From positions 28,644,001 through 28,708,000 of the forward strand of contig OX597820.1 in NCBI GenBank assembly GCA_951406725.2: a stretch of DNA of 64,000 nt, read 5' to 3'. A program made the position numbers and the translations under genes. Under the pieces are notes generated by a model that did not search any database, was not told the DNA's origin, and saw nothing but the letters and a program-made list of their open reading frames with translations. The stretch comes from Octopus vulgaris (Eukaryota). Positions 12,549-27,479 of the stretch are shown in pieces; within the stretch, counting starts at the first letter, position 1; each line of letters starts with the position of its first letter.

Positions 12549-12714
12549 TTATTTACGTCCACATATCTTAGCAGCATCTACCTTAAACAGATTCATAGAA
12601 AAAGTACCAGGCTTATAAAAATAAATACTGGTTCGATTCTTTCAAATAAAAGACCCTTTAAAACGGTGTCCCCAGCATGACCACAACTCAATAACTGATA
12701 TAAGTAAAATGACA
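12549..12714 (+). mobile_element. SINE family A, diverged 3' half
   Basis: aagtaccaggctt...cggtgtccccagcatgaccacaactcaataactga. Confidence 0.65.
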
Positions 12715-13197
12715 GGGCACACACACACACACACACACACAAACACAGATAGATAGTGTATATATATATATATATATATATATAATGTAATAAATAAAAT
12801 ATATGCATACATACAAACATATATGTACGTACCGACATCTACATGTATATATACATGCATATATAAATATCCACGTCTATAGTGGTATCTTTAACCGATC
12901 CTCTAAAATCTTTTATCACAGCTATTCTCCTGCATTCGAAATTTTTCGCATTTTATGTAAACTGTATATATCAAATGGGGATTTTAATGTCCCTGTTATA
13001 TAAAAGTGAACAAATTTCCTTAAAGGAAACCGTACATGCAAATTGAAATTCGAGGGATAATTTGAGTCAGAGAGTAAATTTTGCCATTTTGATCTTTGAC
13101 TCTGAAGATGAACTTGATGTGTCTGAACCACGGATCGTTGAAACGCTTGCAATGAAGGATTAAACGTAAGACCATAACATCCATTCTTGAACTTTAG

Positions 13198-13233
<36 letters not shown>

Positions 13234-14396
13234 ATCTATTTATATATCCCCCCCTCTCTCTCTCTCTCACGCATACACATGCTGCAAAAAGTGACGCCGA
13301 AATGAAACCCGCAATCCTTTATTTATGTCAACTACTAACAGGAAATCCTTTATTATAGTTAATATTCCAGACATTGCTTTTTAACATTACATCGTCTTAT
13401 AACAGCCCAACACTGTGTAGTCAGTCGCCATAGTTGAAGTCGTCGGCATGTACAGTACCCTTTTTACAGCGCTTTCATGGAATTATAACGAACTTCTTTT
13501 TGAATAATCGTGAGTTCTCTCATCGGATGAAGACAGGGCGTTAATTCTCCTCACTTGCGTATAATATTTACTTGTTTCAGGTATTGTGGTGACTTGTCAT
13601 TGCCTTCAACAACTGGATGTCGGTTGACCCACTAAAAGGAAGCTCATCCGCTCTTAGGCAGGTCTTGTTTTCTGTCCTTGTGGCTGGCCATACATCCTTC
13701 TACACAAAAGTAGCAAGCCACTCAAGAGGGGAATCCGGTTTATTCGCCGACCGCTTGACCATGAAACACGTAGTACTAGTTTACATGATACAGATAAACA
13801 GGTCTGATCAGCCTGTGATAAAATCCGAGATGTGACGACAATAGGCAAAATGAGAGATAAATCCGGAAAAAGAGAACTTCGTTTGGTTACGCATGCGCAA
13901 CGAATATCTAGAATTCAATAGAACAGATGATATTCATCAGGTTACCTAATTTAATTAGAACAAATAATAAGCTGTATGTTAATTAATTTATTAAAGCTTC
14001 GTGATTTGATTACCACGTTGGGATTAAAACATAACTCATTAGTAAATTAATGTCATAGAACTTTAGTTGTTTTTCTTTTATTCATTGCTGATGTGTGTGC
14101 TTTTGAGCTTATAAACGTGTGTAGGAAAATGAGTGTGCATGTGTACATATACATGTGTGTGTATGTATCTGTGTGTGTATACATATGTCTGTATATAGAT
14201 AGACTGATACATATATACATACATACTTAAATACATACATACATACAGAATAGATAGATATGGATGGATGGATGGATGGATGGAGGGAGGGAGGTAAAGA
14301 GAAAGAGATTGATTGATAGAATGATAATTGGATACATAGAGAGATGGACATACATAGACGGAGAGATATTATGTTATGTATGCATACGTATATATT

Positions 14397-14430
<34 letters not shown>

Positions 14431-14487
14431 CATACATACACGTATACATGCATATATATTTCTATGAATGTATATATATATATATAC

Positions 14488-15010
<523 letters not shown>

Positions 15011-15380
15011 GGGCGTGTGAATATGTGCACATGTCCTGATAACTTGTCTCGTATTACCGATTGTAAAAATTATATCTACTTATTTGCAGGAGCAATATAT
15101 TTCTTGCACTGGCAAGGTAGAGAAATTAGTAGAAAAACATCGGAGCGATTGCTACCATAACGAAACACCCAGGCAGATGCTGCATCTTAATTCATTTACA
15201 GGACGTATTTGTTTGCTGAGGGTGCTATATATAATTATTTGGAACAAGGTTACTGCGTGGCTGAAGTATATCAACGGAAGATATTCTCGAATAAACCAGT
15301 ATGATGAAGGTATACCTATATTCACATTACGCTATATATGTGAGCATGCGCGCCGAGTGTCCATGTGAAGTATGGTATTA

Positions 15381-15451
<71 letters not shown>

Positions 15452-15462
15452 ATACATATACA

Positions 15463-15793
15463 GAGGCACGTGATGGTGCATGGGTCAGCAGTTAGAGCGT
15501 CGAACAATCGTAAGATTGTGAGTTCGATTTGGGGACCGGACTGCGTGTTGTGTTCTTGAGCAAGACACTTTATTTCACATTGCTCCAGTTCACTCAGCTG
15601 TAGAAATGAGTTGCGACGTCACTGGTGCCAAGTTGTATCCGCCTTTGCCTTTCCCTTGGATAACACTGGTGGCGTGGAGAGGGAGGGCCGGTATGTATGG
15701 GCGACTGCTGGTCTTCCATAAACAATTTTGCCTCGGAGGGGAACTTTCTAAGTGCAATCTCATGGTCGTTCATGACCGAAGGGGTTCACCCTA
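15463..15793 (+). mobile_element. CORE-type SINE family D
   Basis: gagttcgatt, tgtgttcttgagcaagacactttatttcac, tail catgaccgaagggg. Confidence 0.85.
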
Positions 15794-15819
15794 TACCGAG
15801 GCATACTTCCGAATTGATA

Positions 15820-15950
15820 AAAAGGTGGGGTTTTTTCTAATATTTTATATATATAGTATATTGTGTGGAATTTGATTTAGTATTTCTAAATTGAATTCTT
15901 TTTCCTTGTAAGTTTGAATTTTATTCCCTCAAATAATAATTATTAATATA
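15820..15950 (+). mobile_element. PLE tail fragment (family of the 19386 and 53113 cassettes)
   Basis: ttttccttgtaagtttgaattttattccct matches 53676-53705 and the reverse complement of 19390-19425; ends at a TA run. Confidence 0.5.
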
Positions 15951-15963
15951 TATACATATATAT

Positions 15964-16346
15964 CTTTTACTCTCTTTTCTTTTACTTGTTTCAGTCATGT
16001 GACTGCAGCCATGCTGGAGCACCACCTTTGGAGCAAATCGACTCCATGACTTATTCTTTGTAAGCCTAGTATTTATTTTATCTTCGATTTTGCCGAACCG
16101 CTAAGTTAAACATACCAGCATCGGTGGTCAATCGATGTTGGGGATACAAACACAGACATACAAACACACACACATATATATACATATATACGACGGGCTT
16201 CTTTCAGTTTACATCTACGAAATCCACTCACAAGGCTTTGGTCAGCCCGAGGCTATAGTAGAAGACACTTGCCCAAGGTGCCACGGACTTGGACTGAACC
16301 CGGAACCATGTGGTTCGTAAGCAACACACAGCCACTCCTACGCCTA
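15964..16346 (-). mobile_element. SINE family A, full length
   Basis: Reverse complement of the family A consensus. Confidence 0.9.
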
Positions 16347-17081
16347 TATATTAATGCACTGAATAGCGATTATATAATTCTTTTCAATTATCAACAGGGG
16401 AAATTGCGAAAGTCTTTTTTTATTAATTATGTTCTTTGCAAATTTGTCCCTAAAAATAGCTATTTTGGAGGATATTAAATAGTGAGTCTGTTAATTTATG
16501 GGCGTCGTATGTTAAAATTCATTATATTTTCGGTAGGAAAGTTAATAATAACAAGTTTTTTTTTTAATGTAGTAAAACCTGCTTAATTTCTACAGGTTAC
16601 ACAAGTGTTAATGAATTCTTTGGGAAATAATGTTCGTATTGATTCAAGACTATTCCTCTTACAGTAATTGTATTGTCAATTCAGAGAAAGAGCAGTAGAA
16701 TCGATAATATATTGCAGGAATTTTAAAACATTGAGGTAGAAAATACTGATCAAAATCCTGGTCACTATTTATAGTTTAAACTATTCTAGCAGGTCGAGAA
16801 ACCACATAAAGGTTTCGTCTACGGTGACTGATCTTTGTCTTCGCTGATTTCCATAACGACCGTCACTTGCAACTTATGATATGTTCCGATATGGCAATAG
16901 TCGCTTCTGGTTGGTTAAAAACCTACATGATTTTAAATGCTTATAACTCCTTTATTATTGATTTTTAAAAGAAAAGTGAAAAGAAAAAAAAACAAGATGA
17001 GATTTTTGTCATCAGTATGCTACATCAGAGCTGAATGTTTTGAAAATAATCCGATGAAAATAGGAAAAAAATTTAAATGGT

Positions 17082-17322
17082 TACTCTTTTACTTTTTTCA
17101 CTTGTTTCAGTCATTTGACTGCGGCCATGCTGGAGCACCGACTTTAGTCGGTCAAATCGACCCCAGAACTTATTTTTTGTAAGCCTAGTATTTATTCTAT
17201 CGGTCTCTTTTGCCGAACCGCTACGTTACGGGGACGTAAACACACCAGCATCGGTTGTCAAGCGATGTTGGGGGGACAAACGCAGGCACACAAATATATA
17301 CACACACATATATATATACATG

Positions 17323-17372
<50 letters not shown>

Positions 17373-17527
17373 TGTGACAGGCTTCTTTCATTTTCCATCT
17401 ACCAAATCCACTCACAAGGCTTTGGTCGGCTCAAGACTATAGTAGAAGACACTTGCCCAAGGTACCACACAGTGGGAATGAATCCGGAACCATGTGATTG
17501 GTAGGCAAGCTACTTACTACACAACCG
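17082..17527 (-). mobile_element. SINE family A, full length
   Basis: Reverse complement of family A with an internal CA/TA microsatellite. Confidence 0.9.
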
Positions 17528-18242
17528 TGGTATAGTTTAACCATGTGGCGGATTAAGTCCTCATCAACATAATGAACCGCGAAGTTTTTGTCATGACTGC
17601 AGTCTTGTATTCCAAACAGGTAATGAGTATGTAATCGATTGAAAAGAAAACTCGAGGACATACACAAAGTTTATAATTCCAGAGGCAACCAGAAAATCTG
17701 GGTTAGAGCTACACGAGACATTTATTTATTTTTTTTTCTCTTTACGCTTATATACTGTCCGTTTAATGACTATATCTAGATACAATATATAAAATGTCAC
17801 GTTTGTTTTCTTACAAGGTTCGAGCGTACTACAAAAATTCAAATCAGGTTAAATATGTGACATTAATAGGGACACTCCCTAAGAGTATAAACGAAAACAG
17901 CCAATAATTTTAAGTGAGCTTTCACTTGCTGGATTAGTGCTTACAATGCCAAATGTTCAAACATACTTCACTATACGTACTCTTCAAATTGCCATTAAGA
18001 GAAACACTATCCAGAGAGCTGCTACTCGGAAGGCGGTACCTCTCGTAGTTGCATGAATGGATATTTTGTAGTAGTGATAGAGAAAATTATTTTTTCCGTG
18101 CAAAACAATTATTGAGACGAGTCAATAAAAACGAAAAGAATCAGATTTGAAGTAGTAACGTTTATTCTGTGATTCATATAAATTACATCTAGTAGCCAGA
18201 AACTCTTGAAACAAAATCAATGCAATACACTGAAAAACGTAT

Positions 18243-18300
<58 letters not shown>

Positions 18301-18333
18301 CAATGCATATATATATATATATGTATATGTCAA

Positions 18334-18373
<40 letters not shown>

Positions 18374-18379
18374 CATTTC

Positions 18380-18413
<34 letters not shown>

Positions 18414-18451
18414 TTTCTATTATATTTATTTATATATATAGATATATATGC

Positions 18452-18512
<61 letters not shown>

Positions 18513-19136
18513 CATACATACATACATACATATGTATGTATATATGCATGTATGTATATATGTATGTATAATGTTAAGTGGGCTTATCATAATAAAGTCT
18601 ATGTTTACACTTCAAAATATAATAACACGAAAACCAACGAAATTTAAAATGCAGCCCAAAACTAATTAATGTATCTTAGAAAGTATTTCGTAAAGTATTG
18701 ATTACTTTGCAGCGTTTTTTGATTCTTCAGTACAATTTATTCGGTCAGTAGCAGTCATTGCTTGTTGTTGCTATTGTTGTTGTCGTTGTTGTTCTTGTTT
18801 TTATTGTACTTTTGTTGTTTTTGTACTAGATCATCTTATATGTGGTTTGGAAAAACCTATCGTGAAATATGTTCCTTTGGTGAATCTCTCTCATGTCCTG
18901 TTGTCTCTCAGCTTGTTTTTTTTTTCAATTATCCACGAAGACATTGTCAAATGTATGATTGCACTCTGTTTGAGGAAATACGTTGTAAATATAGGGCGAA
19001 TATTTTAACTGTACCTACCGCAATTGTTGCTGCTGCTGCTGCTGCTGCTGCGACTGTTTTGATTCATAGGTGTCGTGTAGGTCTATGATGTTCCAAATAT
19101 AACTGTCCTGTTTATATATACATACATACACATATA

Positions 19137-19312
19137 TAGCCACTACACACAATTTTTTCTCTCCTTGTTTCTTTCTGTGTTCCTTTCTTTAGAAGAGCGT
19201 AGATCCGAAACGTAAAAGACTTTTTCAGTTCCTGAGCGTTATACTAATACATCTGTTTGTTTTCTACACCACCTGTCTTCGTCATTTGTTTTTTCCGTGA
19301 ATTCTCACCCTG

Positions 19313-19318
<6 letters not shown>
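19137..19318 (+). mobile_element. ~180-bp solo pLTR-like mini element with a degenerate hammerhead (19183-19218), flanked by TA repeats
   Basis: CTTT-CTTTAGA-A-GAGC(GTAG)ATCC-GAAAC-GTA-AAAG; homologous to 52797-53007 (-). Confidence 0.65.
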
Positions 19319-19385
<67 letters not shown>

Positions 19386-19386
<1 letters not shown>

Positions 19387-19692
19387 ATTTTAGGGTGTAT
19401 AACTCCAAACTTACAGGGAAAAAAAACCACTATTATGCAATTCAAACAATGAAAGACATAAACCAAATCATAAATAAAAAATAGAATATATTTTTAAAAC
19501 ATATAACTAGATCACAAAATGTACAAAAATGAATACACAACTTATTACTTATTATGTATTATATATTGTATATTCACTTTTGTACTTTTTGTGATCTAGA
19601 TATATGTTTAAAAAATATATTTTATCTTTTATTTATGATTTGGTTTACGTCTTTCATTCTTTGAATTGCATAATAGTGGTTTTTCACTAATT
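19386..19692. mobile_element. Fold-back PLE pLTR cassette in (TA)n (arms ~19422-19540 and 19566-19684, about 90% identical)
   Basis: Inverted repeat seen directly; shares gtctttc...ttgca.aatagtggtttt with 53582-53617. Confidence 0.75.
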
Positions 19693-19700
19693 TATATATA

Positions 19701-19735
<35 letters not shown>

Positions 19736-20744
19736 CAGTAAAATCTAGGATGGTATGGAATGATTTGAGTAATATTTCTCTGTTATTTCTAGCAGAACAG
19801 ACGTATTGTGGCTTGAAGTATTCTGAAATATTCTGAAGTTGTTACCGCCGTGTTGATGATGGTGGAGGTGTTTTTGATTTTGGCTATAGGCTCCAGTGCA
19901 TTCATTTGACCTTTAGTTAAGACTACTTCGTTGCAAGCATTTGGATATGGTCCTCGCTTTGAGGATAACTCTTTTCTTCTTTCTCGTCATTCGTGGAGAC
20001 ACAGGAATTATTCATGGATATTATTTCCTTCGTCATAACATAAACAATGAAAAAAATGACTAAATAAATATTTCGACTTTCGAAAATGGCCGCTGACCAA
20101 AATAAGCTAATATTGGTTTTATTTAAACATAGATTTTTTACTTCCGTTTATTTATACATTTATAGTTTATAATAAACATATTCTTTTGATATCCTTGTTT
20201 GACAAGAGATGTTTATGTGAGATCGTTTGTTAAAACTAAAAGTGTTTCATCGTACTATACCCATAGTGGTAAAAGAAAATATACAAATATTTATATACAT
20301 ACATTTTTATTAATGTCCAATATATGTTATACACACATTTGTTTTATTAATGTTCGGTAATATATTTTCATATCCACGTTTATATCACGCTTCGTTCGGT
20401 TGTATATATTAATATGTACCAAAGACATGTGACTAAAAGATAGCGGATAGAGATGTGCGTTTATTGCTCGTAACATCATAAGTTCAATTTTGGATTTTGT
20501 GACCACCAAGGCTTACCATAGTTAACATAACTGTTATCAGACTCCTTTTAGATCGCGATCTTCTTTATCTTTTACAACTGATTTATTACCCTCGCTCCCC
20601 AGTTCTGCAAACTCTGGCCAGCCCTGGTGGTCCTGCTATTCTCCATCCCTTATTTATCTGTCTCTGTACATGCATCCCCTAAACTGGAATGCACTAATAT
20701 CATCGACTGGGGTCTTTGCCTCGCTTCTCCTCTCTCTTACTTCC

Positions 20745-21050
20745 CCCTCATTGATGACGGTATACTCAGCCCACGGAATCCATATTCATTCGTTTTGCTA
20801 TTCTAGACACAGCTGTAAGAGTTTTTGTATTTCTATGTTCTCTATCTAAATGAAATGTTTTTTTTTAAGTGATGCCAAACGGTTAGCTTTTCTATTTTTA
20901 TTTTAATCTTTATATTGCTCTTCAAAAAAGAAACACTTATAACCGCTTATGACAATGAGTCTCAAAGACACACGTTCAGTTGAAGTTCAACTGGACTTTT
21001 AGTGGTAAAAGAAATAGAGCACCCATAGAACATACCTATTATTCTAAATC
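20745..21050 (+). mobile_element. Degenerate PLE pLTR with a hammerhead remnant
   Basis: TTGATGA (20751) ... GACAC-AGCT-GTA-agag (20806-20821), with palindromic ACAGCTGT stem III. Confidence 0.4.
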
Positions 21051-21094
21051 AGTGTGTGTGTGTGTGTATGTGTATATTCTTATATATATATATA

Positions 21095-21770
<676 letters not shown>

Positions 21771-24103
21771 CTTTTACAACCGAACTTCTTCACTACTTCA
21801 GGGAGTGACGACCCTGTCTGACACGAGTTCCGGGCTCAGCTGGCTCCGGCTGACAGTACCCGGTATAGGCCCCTATCCAGGGTTACGGAAAGGCGACAAC
21901 CTTCAAAGAAATCCGGAGTGGAGCCCCGAAGGCGGTTTAGTGTTCGACTCGACACTCTTCCAGCTGCTCCTGCAACCAAGCTGGTGCCAAACGTAATGCA
22001 CTGCACTCCTTTGGACTACATCAGCAAGGTCGAGAGAGGAGACCTGACGATTGGGCTACCCAGGACTTTCTTATCCCTAGCCCAGGCCTGCGCAAAACTG
22101 GAGAGGACACTTCAGTGCTGCTGTAAAAAGCTGCAGAAACAACACGGGAGGTAACAGTCACGAGTGATAAGTCCATTCAGATTGGCGTAAAATATGGGCG
22201 CTACGGGTTACCTCTGACGGTGGGAGGGACCTCCGTGTCCTATTGGTTAGCTACTGCCTACCTCAAGCTGGGCAGCCCCCAGTTAATAAGGTGCTGACCC
22301 GCCACAGGCCGCCTGCTTCATTGGGTGCTTGGAGCTAAGAGTATGACTTGAAAAGCGGCCTGCAACCTCTGCACCAGGCAAACAACCTAAGTCAAGAAAC
22401 CACCAGTCCTGCGGTTGGCAAGCTGGAATGTCAAGACCATGTGCCCTGGAATATCTGATGATCTACTCAGGGTTGAAGACACAAGGAAAACGGCCATCAT
22501 TGACCGTGATCTAAAGAGGTTCAACATAGACATTGCTGGGCTACAGGAGACAAGACTTCCCTCAAACGGCAAACTCAAAGAGCAGGATTTCACCTTCTTT
22601 TGGCAGGGAAGCGATCCAGAAGAACCTCGTCATCATGGCGTTGGCTTTGCAGTGAGAAACTCATTACGCTCCTCAATAGAATCGCCATCAGGATGCACTG
22701 AGCGTATCCTCTCACTGCGCCTCTCGACTTCTTCTGGCTCAGTACATCTACTCAGCATCTATGCTCCCACTCACTACAGCTCAGAGGAGACCAAGGACCA
22801 GTTCTACAAAGATCTCAACTGTATCATAGAAAATATACCAACGACTGAAAATATCTACCTTCTAGGGGATTTTAATGCTCGCGTGGGATTTGACCATAAT
22901 TCGTGGCCCATTTGTGTTGGACACTTTAGTATTGGCAACATGAATGACAATGGTCAGAGACTACTCGAATTCTGCACATACCATAACCTGTGCATCACAA
23001 ACACATTATTTACCAACAAGCCATCCCACAAGGCATCTTGGAGACATCCAAGATCTCACCACTGGGATCAGCTGGATCTCATCATTACACGGTGATCCTT
23101 TCTGAATTCTTTTCTATTGACCCGCAGTTACCACAGCACGGATTGTGACACAGACCACTCACTAATTAGAAGTAGGGTGAGGATTCTGCCTAAAAAAGTC
23201 CATTGCTCCAAGAAAGTGGGCCGACCACGCATTAACACTGCCAGAACCTTGGACCCTACACTGCGAAAATGTTTTGCTGCTTCTATCAAGGTTGCCCTCA
23301 GTAGCTGCCCAACCTCCTCTGCTGAAAGTAGGTGGAACTATATCAGGGAAGCTTTGTATACGACATCAATATATACTTTCGGCATGAGAGAAAGGCAAAA
23401 CCCAGATTGGTTCAATGCTGGGCTCTCAGAGCTGGAGCCAGTTATCGAAGCAAAGCGTGCAGCTCTGATGCAATACAAGAGTGACTCTTCTACAAAGTCA
23501 CTCGAAGAACTCAGAAAGGCACGAAATAAAACCCAACTGACAGCCAGACGCTGTGCAAATAGGTATTGGCAGGAAATCTGTCAGAGTATCCAGTCAGCTG
23601 CTGACAGGGGCGACACCCGTGGGATGTATGCCGGTTTGAAGAAGGCCCTCGGTCCATCCGCAACCAAGTCAGCCCCTCTGAAATCAACTACTGGAGATCT
23701 CATCAGGGATCAAAGCAAGCAAATGGATAGATGGGTGGAGCACTACCAGGATCTCTACTCACGGGAGACTACAGTGGCTGAGGCTGCAGTCGAGAGTGTC
23801 AAGATCTTGCCAGTCATGTGCGAACTTGACTGTCCGCCATCTATAGCAGTGCTCACCAAGGCTGTTGAGAGGAGAAATGGAAAGACAAGAAAAGACGTCA
23901 ACAAGAAACTATGGCATTACAACCAGCCAGGAACAGTCTTCGCTACATTTGCGGTACCTGCCAGAGGGAGTGTTTGTCCTGGATAGGACTACACAGCCAC
24001 AGCAGGAAATGTATTAGGACATGAAATGTAAAAGCCGGACTAGACTACTTTATGCGCAACTCCATTGTCTCCCGAGACAAAAGGATGCCAACAACAACAA
24101 ACA
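21771..24103 (+). mobile_element. RTE-clade LINE with 5' UTR and APE endonuclease but RT domain deleted
   Basis: ASWNV, LQETRL, HGVGFAV, LSIYAPT, LGDFNARVG, SWRHPRSHHWDQLDLII, TDHSL (APE). C-terminal CGTCQRECLSWIGLHSHSRKC. Tail tgtctcccgagaca...(caa)n. Possible TSD atatacatat at 21761-70 and 24104-13. Confidence 0.9.
22391..24024 (+). pseudogene. RTE ORF: endonuclease + linker fused out of frame to the C-terminal Zn motif
   Basis: 22415-23095 and 23117 onward share a frame with one TGA at 23093; deletion junction at ~23866-23870. Confidence 0.85.
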
Positions 24104-24109
24104 ATATAC

Positions 24110-24184
<75 letters not shown>

Positions 24185-24197
24185 TGTGTGTGTGTGC

Positions 24198-24380
24198 AAC
24201 TGTTTGGGAATAAAGTGTTAGTTGAGTACAGTGTGATATGAAATTAAATAAATGACAAGATAATAGGTATTACGTACTCAACTTCATTGGCTTACAGTTG
24301 TTTCAGCTCTTATAAGATGCAGGGCACTCAGAACCGACTGCTTTTGCATGCATAACCTTATAGTTTCCTCGTTGCTTGTA
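24198..24380 (-). mobile_element. Degenerate pLTR-like piece with the 3' half of a hammerhead, next to (GT)n
   Basis: Minus strand GAAAC-AACT-GTA-agcc at 24289-24304; no intact CUGANGA seen. Confidence 0.3.
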
Positions 24381-25523
24381 TGAGAACATGCGTGGTGTAT
24401 GTATGTAAATCTGTGCGTGTGCCCCTTTGAAATCGCTGCCAAGGCTGGGCCATAATCCAATGACTTAAAAATGTAAAATAGTGAAAAGCGAAATGCGTTT
24501 TGCTTGATAATATATCCTTCTTGTTTTATTCATTAATAGAATTACTGACGTTCGAAATGCACTTTTAAAACAGTTCGTTCTTAATAACTGTTTACTGTTG
24601 ATGAAAAACTCTTTAATTATTTAGGTTAGTCTTCCTCAAAGTAGTCGAAATATTGCTTTATTTTTGCAACAAAGAAACAAAAGTCATTTCGCAATAATTT
24701 TCAGTTAGCTTTTTCTGTCGATACGTATGTATGTATGTATGTATGTATGTATGTATGTATGTATGTATGTATGTATGTATGTGTGTATGTACGTATGTAT
24801 GTACGTATGTATGTATATATATATGTACGTATGTATGTATGTGCGTGTGTGTGTCTGTGCATTGAGTTTTCGCTTAGACTTACCGATATGTGATGGTTCA
24901 TGTTTTAGTGGTCATGATCGTAATAATGATGTATATACATATATACATGCATAATAGATACATGGATGGAGGGAGGGAGGGAAAGAGGAAGAGATTGATA
25001 GATAGAATGATAATTGGAAACATAGAGGCGTTGCGTTCTAGAAGAAAACACTTCATTTCACGTTGTTCCATTACATTCCGCTGCAAAAAAAAAAGAGAAA
25101 AAAAGAGTAATCCTGCGACCGACATTTGCCTCGTGATTGGGAACGAGACAACGGTCCGTCTGTCAGAAATAAAATCCTTTTCCATTAATAATTGTTTGTC
25201 CTAAGTGTCAATTTAGAGAGCTAAAGAAGTAAATTGTGATAATATTATGCACAAGTACTGCTCCCATACTACAAGCTTGTTAGACAAATTACGCTAATCC
25301 TCGAGCACTGGCAAAATGACTTACTGTACGTCGATACATCCATTTTTAGTTGAAAGTATTTCTTCTCCAGTATCTAAAATAAAAACTAATCAGATATTAG
25401 TATCGATTTAATCGATTGTCTGCATCCATTATATTTTATGAGTTTTCCGAAATTTTAGAAGTATATTAAATATACATCACAAGAAATATATGATACCTTA
25501 ATTTATAATATTTAATGAATATA

Positions 25524-26582
25524 ATATATAATATACTGATATAGCAGACGCAGAATGGCCGCATGGTTAAGACTTTGGTTCGCAACCACACATCTTAAGG
25601 AAGACGCAAGCATGGCTGTGTGTAAGCGCTGTTGTGGTTGTGTGGTAAAAAGCTAGCTTCCTAACCACTTGGTTCTAGGTTCAGTCCCACTACGTGACAC
25701 AGTGCTTCCTAATTGAGCAAGTGCTTCCTAATATGACACTGAACCGACCAAAGCGTTGTGAGTGAATTTGGTAGATAGAAACTGAAAGAAGGCCATCAAA
25801 CATGTCTGTGTATTTGTGTGTCTGTATTAGTGTGTGCTTGTGTATGATTGTGTGTGAGAGAGAGAGAGGGGGGGCAGTGTGAAGAAAAGAGACTGACAGA
25901 AAAAAGCGTGGGTGATAGAGAGTAGAGTGAGTGAGAGGTAGTGACGGAAAGAGATAGAGAGAAGAGCAAGGTCATAACAAAGACTGAGAAAAAAACGTGA
26001 GAGGCTGAGAGACAAAGCGAAATTGCCCCTCGTCCTACTTGATTTCTAATGCTCATCCCTAATCCTACCACCCCAACATCCCAGATGTTTTCAAACCCGT
26101 CAGCTCATTTGCACATGTGTAGGTGAAACGAACAGATGAAATGGGAAAAGTCTCAACGTGATCGTTTTATACCAGCCAAATGGCTAAAAAATGTCTTTTT
26201 CTTACCACGATTCCAGTTTTCAAAACATTCCCTTCCCCGGCTGTCGGAAAAACAACACTTGCAACACAGAAATAACGAATATTTCAGCACAATTATTTCC
26301 GCTTTCTCGTAATCCATTCCCACAATATATAATATACTGATATAGCAGGCGCAGAATAGCAGCATGGTTAGGATTTTGGTTCGCAACCACACATCTTAAG
26401 CGCTGTGTGTAAGCGCTGTTGTGGTTGTGTGGTAAAAAGCTAGCTTCCTAACCACTTGGTTCAAGGTTCAGTCCCACTACGTGACACAGTGCTTCCTTAT
26501 TGAGCAAGTGCTTCCTAATATGACACTGAACCGACCAAAGCGTTGTGAGGGAATTTGGTAAATAGAAACTGAAAGAAGGCCA
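25524..26582 (+). repeat. ~270-bp direct duplication (25524-25795 and 26323-26582) containing a SINE A 5' half
   Basis: Both copies share the flank aatatataatatactgatatagcag and the diagnostic doubled gtgcttcct. Confidence 0.9.
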
Positions 26583-27088
26583 ATAGAAGATTTTTTTTTT
26601 GCTCTCCCCAACGCTTATATCGTATGTAAGCTATCGAAAGTTATCTGCTAACAAGGATGAGAATGTAAAATTATGATGAAAACCAGACGTATATTTTGCA
26701 TGGTAAGATTGGAGTTTATTCCTGTCAGCGACACTTTTATGTTATGTCTTTTTCAGTTTTTCCCGTATTCCTTATGAGAGAAGGATTATAAGACTATGAG
26801 ACATTTGGTATAGCTGTTTGGCGTCGTTGACCAAACGCTAACTTATAATGACAGTAGATGCTTTAACGTTCCCCCCATTCTTTCCCCCACTTGTATATAT
26901 GTATATATTCCTGCCTGTATATATGTGTGCGAGCATATTTCCCTATATGTGTATGAGAGGGAAATGTTTGTCAACCTTGTACAATTATATATTGTAGTGA
27001 CACTTTCTATTTCTCTCTCTCTCTCTTTCTCTCTTTCTCTCTCTCTCTCTTTCTATGTATATTTATTTGCGTGTTTGTGTGTGTGCTT

Positions 27089-27130
<42 letters not shown>

Positions 27131-27479
27131 CGCTCCAGTGACAAAAATAAGTGTCACTAAAACAAGTTCCTTCCGACATTATACAGCACCATCTTCCAAT
27201 TTCCGGTTTGAGATATTGTGTAAAAGCGAAATTTTGAATGTAATCTTACTCCTATAGACTTGCAAAGAATTCATTCTGGCATGAATTAATATATTAATAT
27301 TTTTATATTAATATTTCAGAAATATAACTTTAAAAACCGTCACAAGCCTCTATATCAATACAACATTTAAAAACTCGTTTACACATTTACAGTTTACCGT
27401 TTTCATTTAAGCGACCTGGTAAGATTTAGAAGCATGGCTCCTATGAATTTACAGGTTGTTTTATGTCAACGTGTTGAAA

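Noticed and set aside
21771-22390. HDV-like ribozyme in the RTE 5' UTR
   Set aside because: Known for some RTE elements, but I could not assign the nested pseudoknot by eye; it needs a descriptor search.
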